This document shows, one piece after another, positions 29,805 through 39,139 of a DNA stretch of 64,000 nt; position 1 is the stretch's first letter; each line of letters starts with the position of its first letter. The translations under genes were made by a program, and so were the position numbers. Source of the stretch: a bacterium (GTDB lineage: Bacteria; SZUA-182; DTGQ01); contig JBFLZW010000041.1 of NCBI GenBank assembly GCA_040755755.1, forward strand, positions 2,102-66,101, written 5' to 3'. The notes under the pieces are model-generated. The model saw only the letters and a program-made list of their open reading frames with translations. It did not search any database and was not told the DNA's origin.

Positions 29805-31244
29805 TTACAGGGATACTCCCACCAGAGGCCAATACCATTTTACCAGAATTAAAAAAATGATCCAGCAGCAAATGTGCAGAATTATTCCTGCCTTGATAAT
29901 ATCCCTGATGTCGTAATACCCTGATGAATAGGCAATAGCATTGGCAGGAGAACCCATGGGCAGAATAAAGGGCAAACCGGCAGGGACGGCTACACCGAAA
30001 ACCATGGCCAGGGGATTGATGGCATTCGCACGACAAATGCTGAACCCGATAGGAAGAATGATGGCCACGCAGGCTACATTGCTGATCCCTTCCGTAAGCA
30101 GGAAGGAGAACAGGGAGAAGATGCCGATTGTCCAGAGAGGCGCTAAGTGGACCCTGCTCAGCAATTGATGGGCAATCCAGCGGGCCGCCCCGGTCTGATC
30201 AACAGCTTTGGCGATAACGATGGCCCCTCCGTACATCAGGATTACTCCCCAGTTAACATAGCTGTTGACATCATCCCAGGTAATGACCTTGGCTATAAAC
30301 AGGGTTACAGCCGAAAAAAGTGAGACCATAGCCATCTCAAACCAGTGATTGAAAATAATCCAGATCAGGATGGTGGTAGTAAGAATGACAAGAACCTTTT
30401 TTTCCGTTAAAGTCATCGGGCCGATTTCCCGTAATTCTTCTTCCAGCTTCTTCCTGGCAGGTCTCACATCGGCTATATCGAGATTGAAGCCGAAAATCAA
30501 AATAGCATAGGCCACAATGAGCGTTATTCCGACCAGAGGAAGAGCTACCCTGGACCATCCCCAGAAGCTCAGGGATTGATGGAAAGCCTCCTGTAACATG
30601 CCGACAGCCAGAGGTGCCCGCGCTCCTCCGAGAAGGGTCCCCACTCCGCCGATTACTGATCCCCAGGACATGGCCAGAAACAGGCCGGTTCCATATTGAC
30701 TCTCACGGGGCTGGGAATCCAGACTCAGGGCAATGGTTCCCACTACGGGAAACATCAGGGCGGCGACAGCATGCTCCGGTATGATCAAGGCCATGAAGCC
30801 GCAGGTAATGAGAATACCCAAAATTAAAATGCGGGGGCTGTGGCTGAAGTGGGTGAGGATGGCGAGAGCCGTACGCTTGCTCAACCCGGATTTTATGGTG
30901 GCAGAAGCCATAATAAAAGCGCCGAGAATGAAAAATACCGCACTGTTGCCAAAAAAGGAGTAAGCCTGCTCGGCTTTCATGACCCGCAAGAGAGGAATCA
31001 GCGCAATAACCAGCAAGCCGGTAACCGAAAGGGGAAGTGCATTGGTAACCCACAAAATCAAGGCCAGGGAAAAAATTCCCAGTGAGCGTTGTCCGGCAGT
31101 TGAGAGGTTGGCCGGGCTGGGGAGAACAAGGAAAATAAGAAGGGTGAAAAAGGCCAGGAAAAGAAAAGCGAGCTCTCGTCTGCTCCCTGCGACAGTATCT
31201 CTGGAGTTATTGCCTCCTGATGTATGGGTATGGTTTTTTACCAT
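29805..31244 (-). CDS. anion/ion permease of the ArsB/NhaD/DASS/CitMHS superfamily
   Basis: 479 aa with about 12 or more TM helices and an internally repeated hairpin-like organisation typical of this transporter fold. Confidence 0.6.
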   Translation of the reverse strand: MVKNHTHTSGGNNSRDTVAGSRRELAFLFLAFFTLLIFLVLPSPANLSTAGQRSLGIFSLALILWVTNALPLSVTGLLVIALIPLLRVMKAEQAYSFFGNSAVFFILGAFIMASATIKSGLSKRTALAILTHFSHSPRILILGILITCGFMALIIPEHAVAALMFPVVGTIALSLDSQPRESQYGTGLFLAMSWGSVIGGVGTLLGGARAPLAVGMLQEAFHQSLSFWGWSRVALPLVGITLIVAYAILIFGFNLDIADVRPARKKLEEELREIGPMTLTEKKVLVILTTTILIWIIFNHWFEMAMVSLFSAVTLFIAKVITWDDVNSYVNWGVILMYGGAIVIAKAVDQTGAARWIAHQLLSRVHLAPLWTIGIFSLFSFLLTEGISNVACVAIILPIGFSICRANAINPLAMVFGVAVPAGLPFILPMGSPANAIAYSSGYYDIRDIIKAGIILHICCWIIFLILVKWYWPLVGVSL

Positions 31245-31388
31245 GAGAGTCTTTTATCCGAAGTCAATGCTTTGCCAGTCAGGGTTGTTATTTGGCTTTT
31301 GATCTTTTCTTTTCGGATTTTCTGCAATAAAACCTGCCAGGGCAGTATATCAGGATTCCCTGCTAAAATAAATATTGAATTTCGATCT

Positions 31389-34300
31389 TCAGGGGTGGCA
31401 TTCCTGGCAGGACTTTTTGGACGTAGTCATAGGGCCGGTCATGTCGTGCATTCCATTTCTCTCTGGGTAGGTATATACTTTTTTGGGCAGAGAGTGGCGG
31501 TTTCGATGGCAGGCCATGCAATTTATACTCGCCTGTTTGGATACTCCCTTCTGACCATGCTGAATATCCTGGTGGCACCGGAAACATTCAATCGATTGTT
31601 TATTAACATGAACAGTGTGGATGAGAGGGGTATCTCCGGCCAGCTTGTTTTTAGAATTGATATGGCAGGTGAAGCATCGTTCTCTGGGAACCTGACCCTC
31701 TCCCTGGGTGACTTTGATGTGGCAGTCGGTGCAGAGAAGATTTTCGTTATTAGCCAGAAATTTTTCATGATTGAGCTCAACTCCTGCAAAATTTATCGAA
31801 ATACCGGGTAAAGAGTGACAGGTAATGCACCTTCCAACCCCGGTATCCTTTTCCTGTCTTCCTTTAAAGTGGCAGTTAAAGCAGATCGTTTCGGTTACCC
31901 GTACATGTTTGCCCTGGACGATTTGTGAATGGCAGGTAATGCACCCAAGATGCTTGCCGCGGGGAGAAGTTTTTAAATGCTGCTCATGGCTGAATCGGAT
32001 ACCATGCTTGAACAGCTTTTCTTCCTGGATTTCAGCCCATTGATGACATCCCTGCTGCAAACAGGCCTGATCACTGACCCTGGATTTGGGTAAAATGGAA
32101 TAGGTTCTCGCCAGAGCCCTGATGACAAGGCTGAATTTATTACGATCTTCCTGGTTCCCGGAGGTGCTGAGATGTTCATAGTGGCAGGTTACACAACTTA
32201 CCGCCTGATGAGAAGAAGTCTGCCAGGACTCGGTATAGGGGCGCATATAGTGGCAGCGGTTGCAAAATCCCGGGTAATTAATGATTTTTTGGGAATAGAG
32301 GGGAATCAAAATTCCGGGGAAAAAAGCCAGTAATCCCAGGCAGGCAAGGGCTTTCTTCCAGTGGACCTTGGAGCGGGAGGATGTATCTCCTTCCATCCAA
32401 CTTGCGGACGGGGAAAGGAACAGGAAAAGGCCCAGAAAACTGATCAGGTAGAGGGAGTAGGCCGACAGGTCGCTTATGCATCTTTGGTGGTTAACCGTGA
32501 AAAAATTGTAGGCCAATAGTCCAAGAGTAATGGTTGTCAGATACAGATAAAGTTCCCTGCCCAATTGAACTGCCAGGAACATATAAAGCACAGCCGAGAG
32601 AAGGAGAAGCTTCTGAGAAACTTCCAGGTTCCCGGAAAAGAAAGCCATGATGCAGCACGTCAAAGCCACGAGTGTAGCTACATCGAAGATTGGCTGTGTC
32701 CGGTCCCGCCCTTGTTTCCTTTTTATGAAATAGCCAATCAGACAAAGAAAGAAAGGATCAAAGAAAAAATACTGCAAGCGCATGGTGGGCAATAATCCAG
32801 GCACCTCTCGCAAGCCAAAATAGAAGCATATGGAGAAAAAGGCAGCGGCCAGAAAAGAGTGCTCATAGCAGGGCGATATCCAGCTCAAAGCCAGATAGAA
32901 AAACAGATAGACCAGAAGGGAAAGAAAAAGCCAGTATGTTTTTCCTGCACCCGGATTGATTAATGCCAGAAGAATAATCGCTGATACCCAAAGATGTCCG
33001 GCATTTTTAAACATACTTTTTCCCCACGGAAGAAACGGCCTAGCCCATAAGCTGCATCCATAGAAAAGCACGACCAGCGGGAGGGCGGCAGTAAGTATCA
33101 TATTTCCGGGAATTCCTCCTGTCAGAAGCCCTTTATACCAGACTGCGGCTAAAACGAGGCAGGCTGCGCCGATGTGCCAGACCTTGTTCGTTTGACAGGC
33201 CATAAACAGGTGAGCGGCAAATAAGATGCAACTCAGAAATAGACCGGATGGAAGGTCTTGGGAATACAGCCAGGCGAGGACCGAAATCAGGCTTAAAAGA
33301 TTCCCTGCCCAGTAAGATACTTTGCTCAATCTGGGAAACTGTTTATCGGCAAAACTATAAGCCAGATAATGGAGAAAAACACACATTGACAAGCCGTAGA
33401 GTGAGTCAGGTGAAGCATAATTCAAGGTTACCAGAAAAAATCCACTCAGAGTCAGCCATCCGAAATACCAGACTTGTGCCAGAGGATAGCCTTTCTGCTG
33501 TGATCGCATACCCAGTCCCAGCAGGAGAAAACCAGGGAGTAAAAAGAGGAGATTAGTCCCGCCGGAAGAGATAAGCTCTTTGGGAATCAAGTAATAGTAT
33601 ATGAATGCCACAACCAGCACGACGGGGAAAAGGAACTTCTGGTCCTCGGTGATCAGAAAGAATACCAGCATGGAAAAAAGATAGCCAAAACCCAGCATGC
33701 AGATGAAGTCCAGGGAATAGCTGGACAGTTGCAAAGGAATGAGGAAAGCGAGGAGGACCGTGAGAAATTGGACCTCATAGATTGTTTTGCTGAAAACAAG
33801 CCGCCCCATCTGCTGACCCAGGTGCCCAAGCCAGAAAAACAGCCAGATTAAAGGGATAGTGAGGATCAGATACCAACTGATTTCATAGACCGGGGAGTGA
33901 ATCAATAATCCCTCGAAAAAGGCGATATTCATGAAAAGGCCAAACAGGTAGGTGGAAATGCTTTGCTCCCCTTCAGTCTCAAAGTTATTCTGCCAGCCTG
34001 CAAGAAAGTACAGAAAAGCATAAGCCAGCCCGATTACCAGGTAAAAAAGGCCCACCGGAAAGCCATTCCAGGCAAAAAGAAAAAGGTAACCCAGGGCGAA
34101 AAGGTAAGAAATTACCAGGAATTTGTTCTGCTTTCGTGGCAGGTCCTTACCTGCGGTTCGAGATAACCTTGTGTGCAAAACATGCAAGCGGTAAAAATGG
34201 AAGGAGTAAAGAAATCCGATAATCATGAGCAAATTTACCCGTGAGCAATAATACCAGAAAGCGAGTGCGAGCCCGATAAATCCGATAACAAAAGCAGGAT

Positions 34301-35315
34301 GCCAGAATTTTTCCCCTTCCTCCCGCCTCTGCTGGTAAACGCCTGCATACATGAAGATCATGAATAGAACAATCAGATATAATCCGTAAGCCTGATGGGG
34401 AATGACCGGGATTTGATGAAGAAAAAAAACCAGAGAAAAGGAAAGACATCCCAGAGAGAGGTATAACCAGCCAGCCAGCCCCTGCTGTTTCAGTTTCGTC
34501 CGCCGAGTGAGCTGCCAGTAGTAAAAAAAGCTGTAAAAGCCAAGTGTACAGGCAGCAATACACGGATGCTTCTCCAGATATTCTCGGCATTGGATCAGCA
34601 CAGTGCCGATAAAAAAAAAGCCCATCAGACAGGCGGCATTATCCAGCGGATGGAGAGCCTCTTCAGCAAAGACTTTCAATCTCGTAAGCCCGAGCGATAT
34701 TCCTGACAGCAGCAGAGCGAGGGGAACAGAAAGCAGGGGCATAACCAGAGAGAAAGACGGCACCAGCCGGAACGCGGAGAGAAAGCAGGAGAAAATCAGT
34801 AACAAAGCAGCAGGATACATAAATATCCTGCCCAGTAACCGGGCAAAGGCAAAGCTCAGCACAGAAAAAAGCATGAGGATACCACTGCCGAGCAGGGGAT
34901 TGTCAATCAGAAACCCACGGCTGGCAACCAGCAGGCAAACGCCCGCCAGCAGGATCAAACCGTGGCTGAGCTGCCTCCATCCTCCCTTTTCCATCAATCC
35001 GATAGTGACTCGTTCTTCTCTACTTTCCATAACCGCCCAGACTTCACCAAAGGTACCAGGGTGCGCACATAAGACAATTTCCGCATAATTCATGCCGAAA
35101 AAGCGGGCTGAATGTTGAATTGGTGGAAGGAGCGGGGCGCAATGAGTAATTAGTTGATTTGTTGAGGCTTGCTTAATAGAAAGGCAAAAATGTGAGGAAA
35201 TGTCCTGAAAAAGGAAAAGGGAAAGGGCAGGTACCCATTTTTCATACTCCCGGCTCTCTTGAGCAAGGATAATCAAGTGGTACCAAAATTGGCAGGTGTA
35301 AGTCATACTATGCAT
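31389..35315 (-). CDS. giant polytopic membrane protein fused to a C-terminal multihaem c-type cytochrome domain
   Basis: About 950 aa of densely packed TM helices precede a roughly 330-aa C-terminal region carrying 10 CxxCH motifs (CNRCH, CVTCH, CITCH, CFNCH, CITCH, CTDCH, CFTCH, CFRCH, CMACH, CQECH). There is also one possible Cx4CH (CLQQGCH). The true start is uncertain: the longest ORF begins at 35315, and alternative ATGs lie at 35030 and 34991. None has a clear Shine-Dalgarno sequence. Confidence 0.75.
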   Translation of the reverse strand: MHSMTYTCQFWYHLIILAQESREYEKWVPALSLFLFQDISSHFCLSIKQASTNQLITHCAPLLPPIQHSARFFGMNYAEIVLCAHPGTFGEVWAVMESREERVTIGLMEKGGWRQLSHGLILLAGVCLLVASRGFLIDNPLLGSGILMLFSVLSFAFARLLGRIFMYPAALLLIFSCFLSAFRLVPSFSLVMPLLSVPLALLLSGISLGLTRLKVFAEEALHPLDNAACLMGFFFIGTVLIQCREYLEKHPCIAACTLGFYSFFYYWQLTRRTKLKQQGLAGWLYLSLGCLSFSLVFFLHQIPVIPHQAYGLYLIVLFMIFMYAGVYQQRREEGEKFWHPAFVIGFIGLALAFWYYCSRVNLLMIIGFLYSFHFYRLHVLHTRLSRTAGKDLPRKQNKFLVISYLFALGYLFLFAWNGFPVGLFYLVIGLAYAFLYFLAGWQNNFETEGEQSISTYLFGLFMNIAFFEGLLIHSPVYEISWYLILTIPLIWLFFWLGHLGQQMGRLVFSKTIYEVQFLTVLLAFLIPLQLSSYSLDFICMLGFGYLFSMLVFFLITEDQKFLFPVVLVVAFIYYYLIPKELISSGGTNLLFLLPGFLLLGLGMRSQQKGYPLAQVWYFGWLTLSGFFLVTLNYASPDSLYGLSMCVFLHYLAYSFADKQFPRLSKVSYWAGNLLSLISVLAWLYSQDLPSGLFLSCILFAAHLFMACQTNKVWHIGAACLVLAAVWYKGLLTGGIPGNMILTAALPLVVLFYGCSLWARPFLPWGKSMFKNAGHLWVSAIILLALINPGAGKTYWLFLSLLVYLFFYLALSWISPCYEHSFLAAAFFSICFYFGLREVPGLLPTMRLQYFFFDPFFLCLIGYFIKRKQGRDRTQPIFDVATLVALTCCIMAFFSGNLEVSQKLLLLSAVLYMFLAVQLGRELYLYLTTITLGLLAYNFFTVNHQRCISDLSAYSLYLISFLGLFLFLSPSASWMEGDTSSRSKVHWKKALACLGLLAFFPGILIPLYSQKIINYPGFCNRCHYMRPYTESWQTSSHQAVSCVTCHYEHLSTSGNQEDRNKFSLVIRALARTYSILPKSRVSDQACLQQGCHQWAEIQEEKLFKHGIRFSHEQHLKTSPRGKHLGCITCHSQIVQGKHVRVTETICFNCHFKGRQEKDTGVGRCITCHSLPGISINFAGVELNHEKFLANNENLLCTDCHIKVTQGEGQVPRERCFTCHINSKNKLAGDTPLIHTVHVNKQSIECFRCHQDIQHGQKGVSKQASINCMACHRNRHSLPKKVYTYPERNGMHDMTGPMTTSKKSCQECHP

Positions 35316-35588
35316 TTTGTTGCATAGTAGATATGTTTATGGAAAGGGAGAGAGATTGTTACTGTGATCCATGGGGAACATAAGCGCCATAGATCCCCAC
35401 GCCCGTGGGGAACATTTTCAGGATACCGTGCAAAAGATCTAGGCTGTGTATCAGATGTTCCCCATCTTGTATGAGAGGCTGTCTGAAAAATAAGTGGGGG
35501 TATCTTTGAGGTGATTTATAAGTAGGACTGCTCCGAAATAAGGTGTAAGAGTAGTACATCGATAAACCTTACGTGGAGCAGCCCCAAG

Positions 35589-35891
35589 ATGGCAAGAAAA
35601 GCATATCCTCCAGACCTTACGAGCATTGAATTGGTTGATACTATGGGATTAGTTCTGATGGTGGTTGTGCCCGCTGCCAATATTCAAGATCGGGATGGAG
35701 CAAAGTTAGTGCTCGAAAAGGTTCTTGGACGATTCCCTCGGCTAAAACTGATCTGGGCCGATGGTGGTTATTCTGGAAAGTTGATTGATTGGGTCAGGGA
35801 ACAATGCCAGTGGGTCTTGGAAATAGTCAAACGATCTGATCAGTCCAAAGCGGCTGCCGCCGTACAGGATGATAATTGGCCGTGTAGTTAG
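35589..35891 (+). pseudogene. IS5-family (DDE_Tnp_1) transposase C-terminal fragment (decayed IS remnant)
   Basis: 100-aa ORF ending ...LKLIWADGGYSGKLIDWVREQCQWVLEIVKR, which is the C-terminal DDE region of IS5-type transposases. The N-terminal two-thirds is missing. Downstream sequence continues the transposase tail out of frame. Confidence 0.6.
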
Positions 35892-36010
35892 GTAAGAGCC
35901 TACGGCTTCGGTAAGTGCCATTCGGATTAGGAAGGGATAAGGCTATCAACACTGCCTGTGAGCACAGGCGTGTAAGAAGTATGCCGGATAAATAAAACAT
36001 GCCAAAATAT

Positions 36011-36044
36011 AAAAAAAGAGCGGCACTTTGAAAAGCGCCGCTCT
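36011..36044 (-). terminator. rho-independent terminator of the cold-shock gene
   Basis: On the minus strand the stem AGAGCGGC...GCCGCTCT is followed by a T7 run. Confidence 0.6.
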
Positions 36045-36071
36045 CGGTAATTCAGGGAACAATCAGCCCAG

Positions 36072-36275
36072 TTAGCAGGGGCGTACGTTCACAGCCTGGG
36101 GTCCTTTGGGACCTTGCTGAATATCGAATTCTACCAGTTGGTTTTCCTGAATACTCTTGAAGCCTGATCCCGAGATTGCTGAATAATGTACAAAAACGTC
36201 TTTGTTTTCACCTGAAACCGTGATGAAGCCAAAGCCTTTCTGATCATTAAACCACTTTACTCGTCCTTGAGCCAT
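36072..36275 (-). CDS. cspA: cold-shock protein (CspA family)
   Basis: The sequence [18 protein letters not shown]...VFVHYSAI is present. The ATG is preceded by AAGGAGGG. A long AT-rich 5' leader lies upstream. Confidence 0.95.
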   Translation of the reverse strand: MAQGRVKWFNDQKGFGFITVSGENKDVFVHYSAISGSGFKSIQENQLVEFDIQQGPKGPQAVNVRPC

Positions 36276-36692
36276 ACGAAATATCCCTCCTTTCATAACT
36301 GTTTCTTAAGTTGGGATGTTTCTGTAAAGCTCAGGAAAAGCTATAGGCTCCCATAGTTTCAGATAACCTATCCACAACTTAATGCGCCCCCCCAAGAGAA
36401 AACTTACCTTATTTAGATAATCTCCATCCCAGAGGCAACTGTTTCTAAGAATTTAAGAATACACTAATGAGATTTTATTGTCAAGGAATTTTTATTTCTC
36501 TTATTTGATGTCCAAAATTTTTGTAAGATTTTATGATACATTTTTTGCTTTCTGTCACTTATATTTCGCTATTTCATTGAAAATGAGTAGAAACCAGGCT
36601 TGACCGTAACTACTCAGATACAAAACTTGACAGCAATAAACCAGGCTTCCTCTGTGACAGGTGAGGGGCCAGCATGTTTGCCTTATCATACA

Positions 36693-36731
36693 CCCCCTCA
36701 CCCCGACCCTCTCCCCAAAGGGGCGAGGGAG
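36693..36731 (+). repeat. GC-rich REP-like hairpin repeat (CCCTCACCCCGACCCTCTCCCCAAAGGGGCGAGGG)
   Basis: It contains the palindromic core CCCTCTCCCC-AAA-GGGGCGAGGG. An inverted near-copy lies at 62107..62149, and a related core sits inside the MITE-like elements. Confidence 0.6.
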
Positions 36732-36991
36732 AAAAACACTACTCCTCAGCTTGCCAATATGAATTCCACCTCTGCGCCTCTGCGTCTCTGCGGGAGATCA
36801 TTCTTCCATGTCTCATTGTACTAACCGGCCATGATTACAAAATGCCACTTTGAAATGAGCAGGATTTATTCATATTATACGATAAATAGATGTCAGATTG
36901 AGGTAGGGAGTTCCCGCCACAGGGGCTCCCTGAAGGTAACAGGGGATGTCGGGTGGGGGTGATTTTTGTCGAGAGGAAGGTTATCGGAAAA

Positions 36992-37918
36992 ATGGGAATT
37001 ACTGAAACAGACGAAGGGAAAAAGGAATCTCTTGAGATACTCGACTCTGGAGACGGTTTTTCAGAATCGGGGGATTTGATTCAGAAAGCGCGCCTGCCCT
37101 GGGTCGCCGGTCTTTTAACCCTGTTTGTAATCGGGCTGGGGCAGGTCTATAACGGTGAGTTAATGCAGGGGATCCGATATTACCTGGGGTCATTCGGGTT
37201 GAGCCTGCTGGCAGCCTTTTTGATCCTTTTCCTCCCCTTTCCCCTGAATCTTATGACCCTCACCCTGGGCTTTATTTACTTTATCTATATCTTTCGGATA
37301 AGCTGGAAGACAGCGAAAAGCAAAGGGAGCAATTACTGTCTGAAGCCATACAACAAGTCTTCTGTCTATATCATCTTTATTTTCCTCAGCTGGTACGTTA
37401 TCAATCCCCTGTTCTCTCAAATCACCAAGGATAATATCGTTCATGCCTATCGGGTAGTGGCCACTTCCATGCTGCCCACCATTCTGGATGGTGACCATAT
37501 TCTGGTAAATGAGCTGGTTTACAAGTTTGCTCATCCGCAAAGGCTTGATGTGGTCGTGTTTAAATATCCCAAGAACGAGAGCCAGTATTTCATCAAGCGG
37601 ATTATCGGTCTTCCGGGAGAAACAATCTGGATCCACCGTAAACAGTGCTACATCAACGGACGGCGAGTTCAGGAAAAGTACATAATTCACGCAGGGAATC
37701 AGGTGGCAAATTATCCTGAGCTGGATAATTTCGGACCCTTGACCGTCCCGCCTGATTCTTTTTTTGTCATGGGCGATAACCGGGACTGGAGCATGGACAG
37801 CAGAACATTCGGACCGGTCAAAAGATCAAAAATCCTCGGCAAGGCATTTATGATCTATTGGCCCGGTGCCCTTCACGGGCAGACAATCTGGCACCGGATC
37901 GGAAAAAAGATCCGTTAA
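36992..37918 (+). CDS. lepB: signal peptidase I
   Basis: It has an N-terminal TM region, a catalytic Ser box (VATSMLPTI) and a Lys box (KRIIGLPGE), then GDNRDWSMDSR. The ORF track starts at GTG 36953. The ATG at 36992 was preferred. Confidence 0.85.
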   Translation: MGITETDEGKKESLEILDSGDGFSESGDLIQKARLPWVAGLLTLFVIGLGQVYNGELMQGIRYYLGSFGLSLLAAFLILFLPFPLNLMTLTLGFIYFIYIFRISWKTAKSKGSNYCLKPYNKSSVYIIFIFLSWYVINPLFSQITKDNIVHAYRVVATSMLPTILDGDHILVNELVYKFAHPQRLDVVVFKYPKNESQYFIKRIIGLPGETIWIHRKQCYINGRRVQEKYIIHAGNQVANYPELDNFGPLTVPPDSFFVMGDNRDWSMDSRTFGPVKRSKILGKAFMIYWPGALHGQTIWHRIGKKIR

Positions 37919-38070
37919 ATGCCTCCTTCTGGAAAGCAGGAAGGTTTTTTCAGTTGGCCACTGGTTTTAGCATGAGATAGTGGTGGGGCAAAAAAGTGCC
38001 CCACCCTCCGGTTCATTCTATTCCTCTCTGGTCACGGTCGATGAACGCGCCGTGAGATCCGGCCGCGATC

Positions 38071-38919
38071 TCAAGCCATTCTCTCCAACCGGGCAATTCT
38101 GTCTTGAAGCGGCGGATGGGTACTGAAGAGCGCCTGAAGTCCTCCGCCGTGCAGCGGGTTAATGATAAACATATGAGCAGTGGAGGGGTTGGCCTGCATT
38201 GGAACAACCCGGTTTCCCCGTTCGAGTTTGCGCAGGGCATTGGCCAGCCAGAGCGGGTGGCCGCTTATCTTTGCCCCCTCTTCATCAGCCATATATTCAC
38301 GGGACCGTGAGATAGCCATCTGAATCATCGCGGCGGCAATCGGAGCAAGGATCATCATCACCAGGGCGGCAAGAGCGTTTCCTCCTCCCCTGCGGTCGCG
38401 GTCACCGCCTCCCATTCCTCCGAAGATGAATGCCCATCTGGCCATTGAGGCCAGCATGGTAATAGCCCCGGCTATGACAGCGGCAATAGTGCTGATCAGG
38501 ATATCCCGGTGTTTGACATGCGACAGCTCATGGGCCAGCACCCCGGCCAGCTCATCGCGGTCGAGAATCCTGAGAATACCCGAAGTGACCGCCACGGCGG
38601 CATGCCTCGGATTTCTTCCCGTAGCAAAAGCATTGGGAGTATCCTGGGGGGTGATGTATATCCGCGGCATGGGAAGGCCGGCCTTTCTGGTCAGTGTTTC
38701 CACGATATCGTACAGCTCCGGTGCCTGCTCCCTGCCGACCTCCTGAGCCCGGTACATTGCCAATACAATCTTGTCACTGAACCAGTATGTGCCGACATTC
38801 ATGACGAGCGCCAACACGAAAGCCATAATCAATCCCTGTTCGCCACCTATGGCATTACCTGCAAGAACCAGCAGTACTGTCAGTAAAACCATCAAAAACG
38901 TTGTCTTGATTGAATTCAT
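38071..38919 (-). CDS. htpX: protease HtpX (M48 family zinc metalloprotease)
   Basis: It has 2 N-terminal TM helices, an HELSH zinc motif and a Gly-rich loop, and shows HtpX-like sequence throughout. Confidence 0.9.
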   Translation of the reverse strand: MNSIKTTFLMVLLTVLLVLAGNAIGGEQGLIMAFVLALVMNVGTYWFSDKIVLAMYRAQEVGREQAPELYDIVETLTRKAGLPMPRIYITPQDTPNAFATGRNPRHAAVAVTSGILRILDRDELAGVLAHELSHVKHRDILISTIAAVIAGAITMLASMARWAFIFGGMGGGDRDRRGGGNALAALVMMILAPIAAAMIQMAISRSREYMADEEGAKISGHPLWLANALRKLERGNRVVPMQANPSTAHMFIINPLHGGGLQALFSTHPPLQDRIARLERMA

Positions 38920-38983
38920 AGAGGTTCAACCTCCTTTCCTCAATGACCTCATTATATTTTATATTCAAGGGGATGCGGTTGTC

Positions 38984-39129
38984 TAAAGATGTTCCCCATC
39001 TTCCTTATTCTTAACGAGGATGGTAAAAATAACCATCACCCCCACCCAGCCTCCCCTGCCACAGGGGCTCCCTGCCTCAAGGGGGAGGAGTGGAAGGGAT
39101 GTTCCCATCAAAGAAGGGGAACATCTGAA
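38984..39129 (+). mobile_element. MITE-like element with terminal inverted repeats AGATGTTCCCCATCT / AGATGGGGAACATCT
   Basis: It is a ~145-bp intergenic element between htpX and fmt, with perfect 15-bp terminal inverted repeats and a GC-rich core (CATCACCCCCACCCAGCCTCCCC...CCTCAAGGGGGAGG). Related copies lie at 25922..26043 and, degenerate and inverted, at ~36886..36995. Confidence 0.6.
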
Positions 39130-39139
39130 GTTGCTGCCT

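Noticed and set aside
37940-38004. Possible terminator hairpins between convergent lepB and htpX
   Set aside because: The stems (GTGGGGCA..TGCCCCAC, and an imperfect one before a T6 run) are short or imperfect. They were not annotated with confidence.
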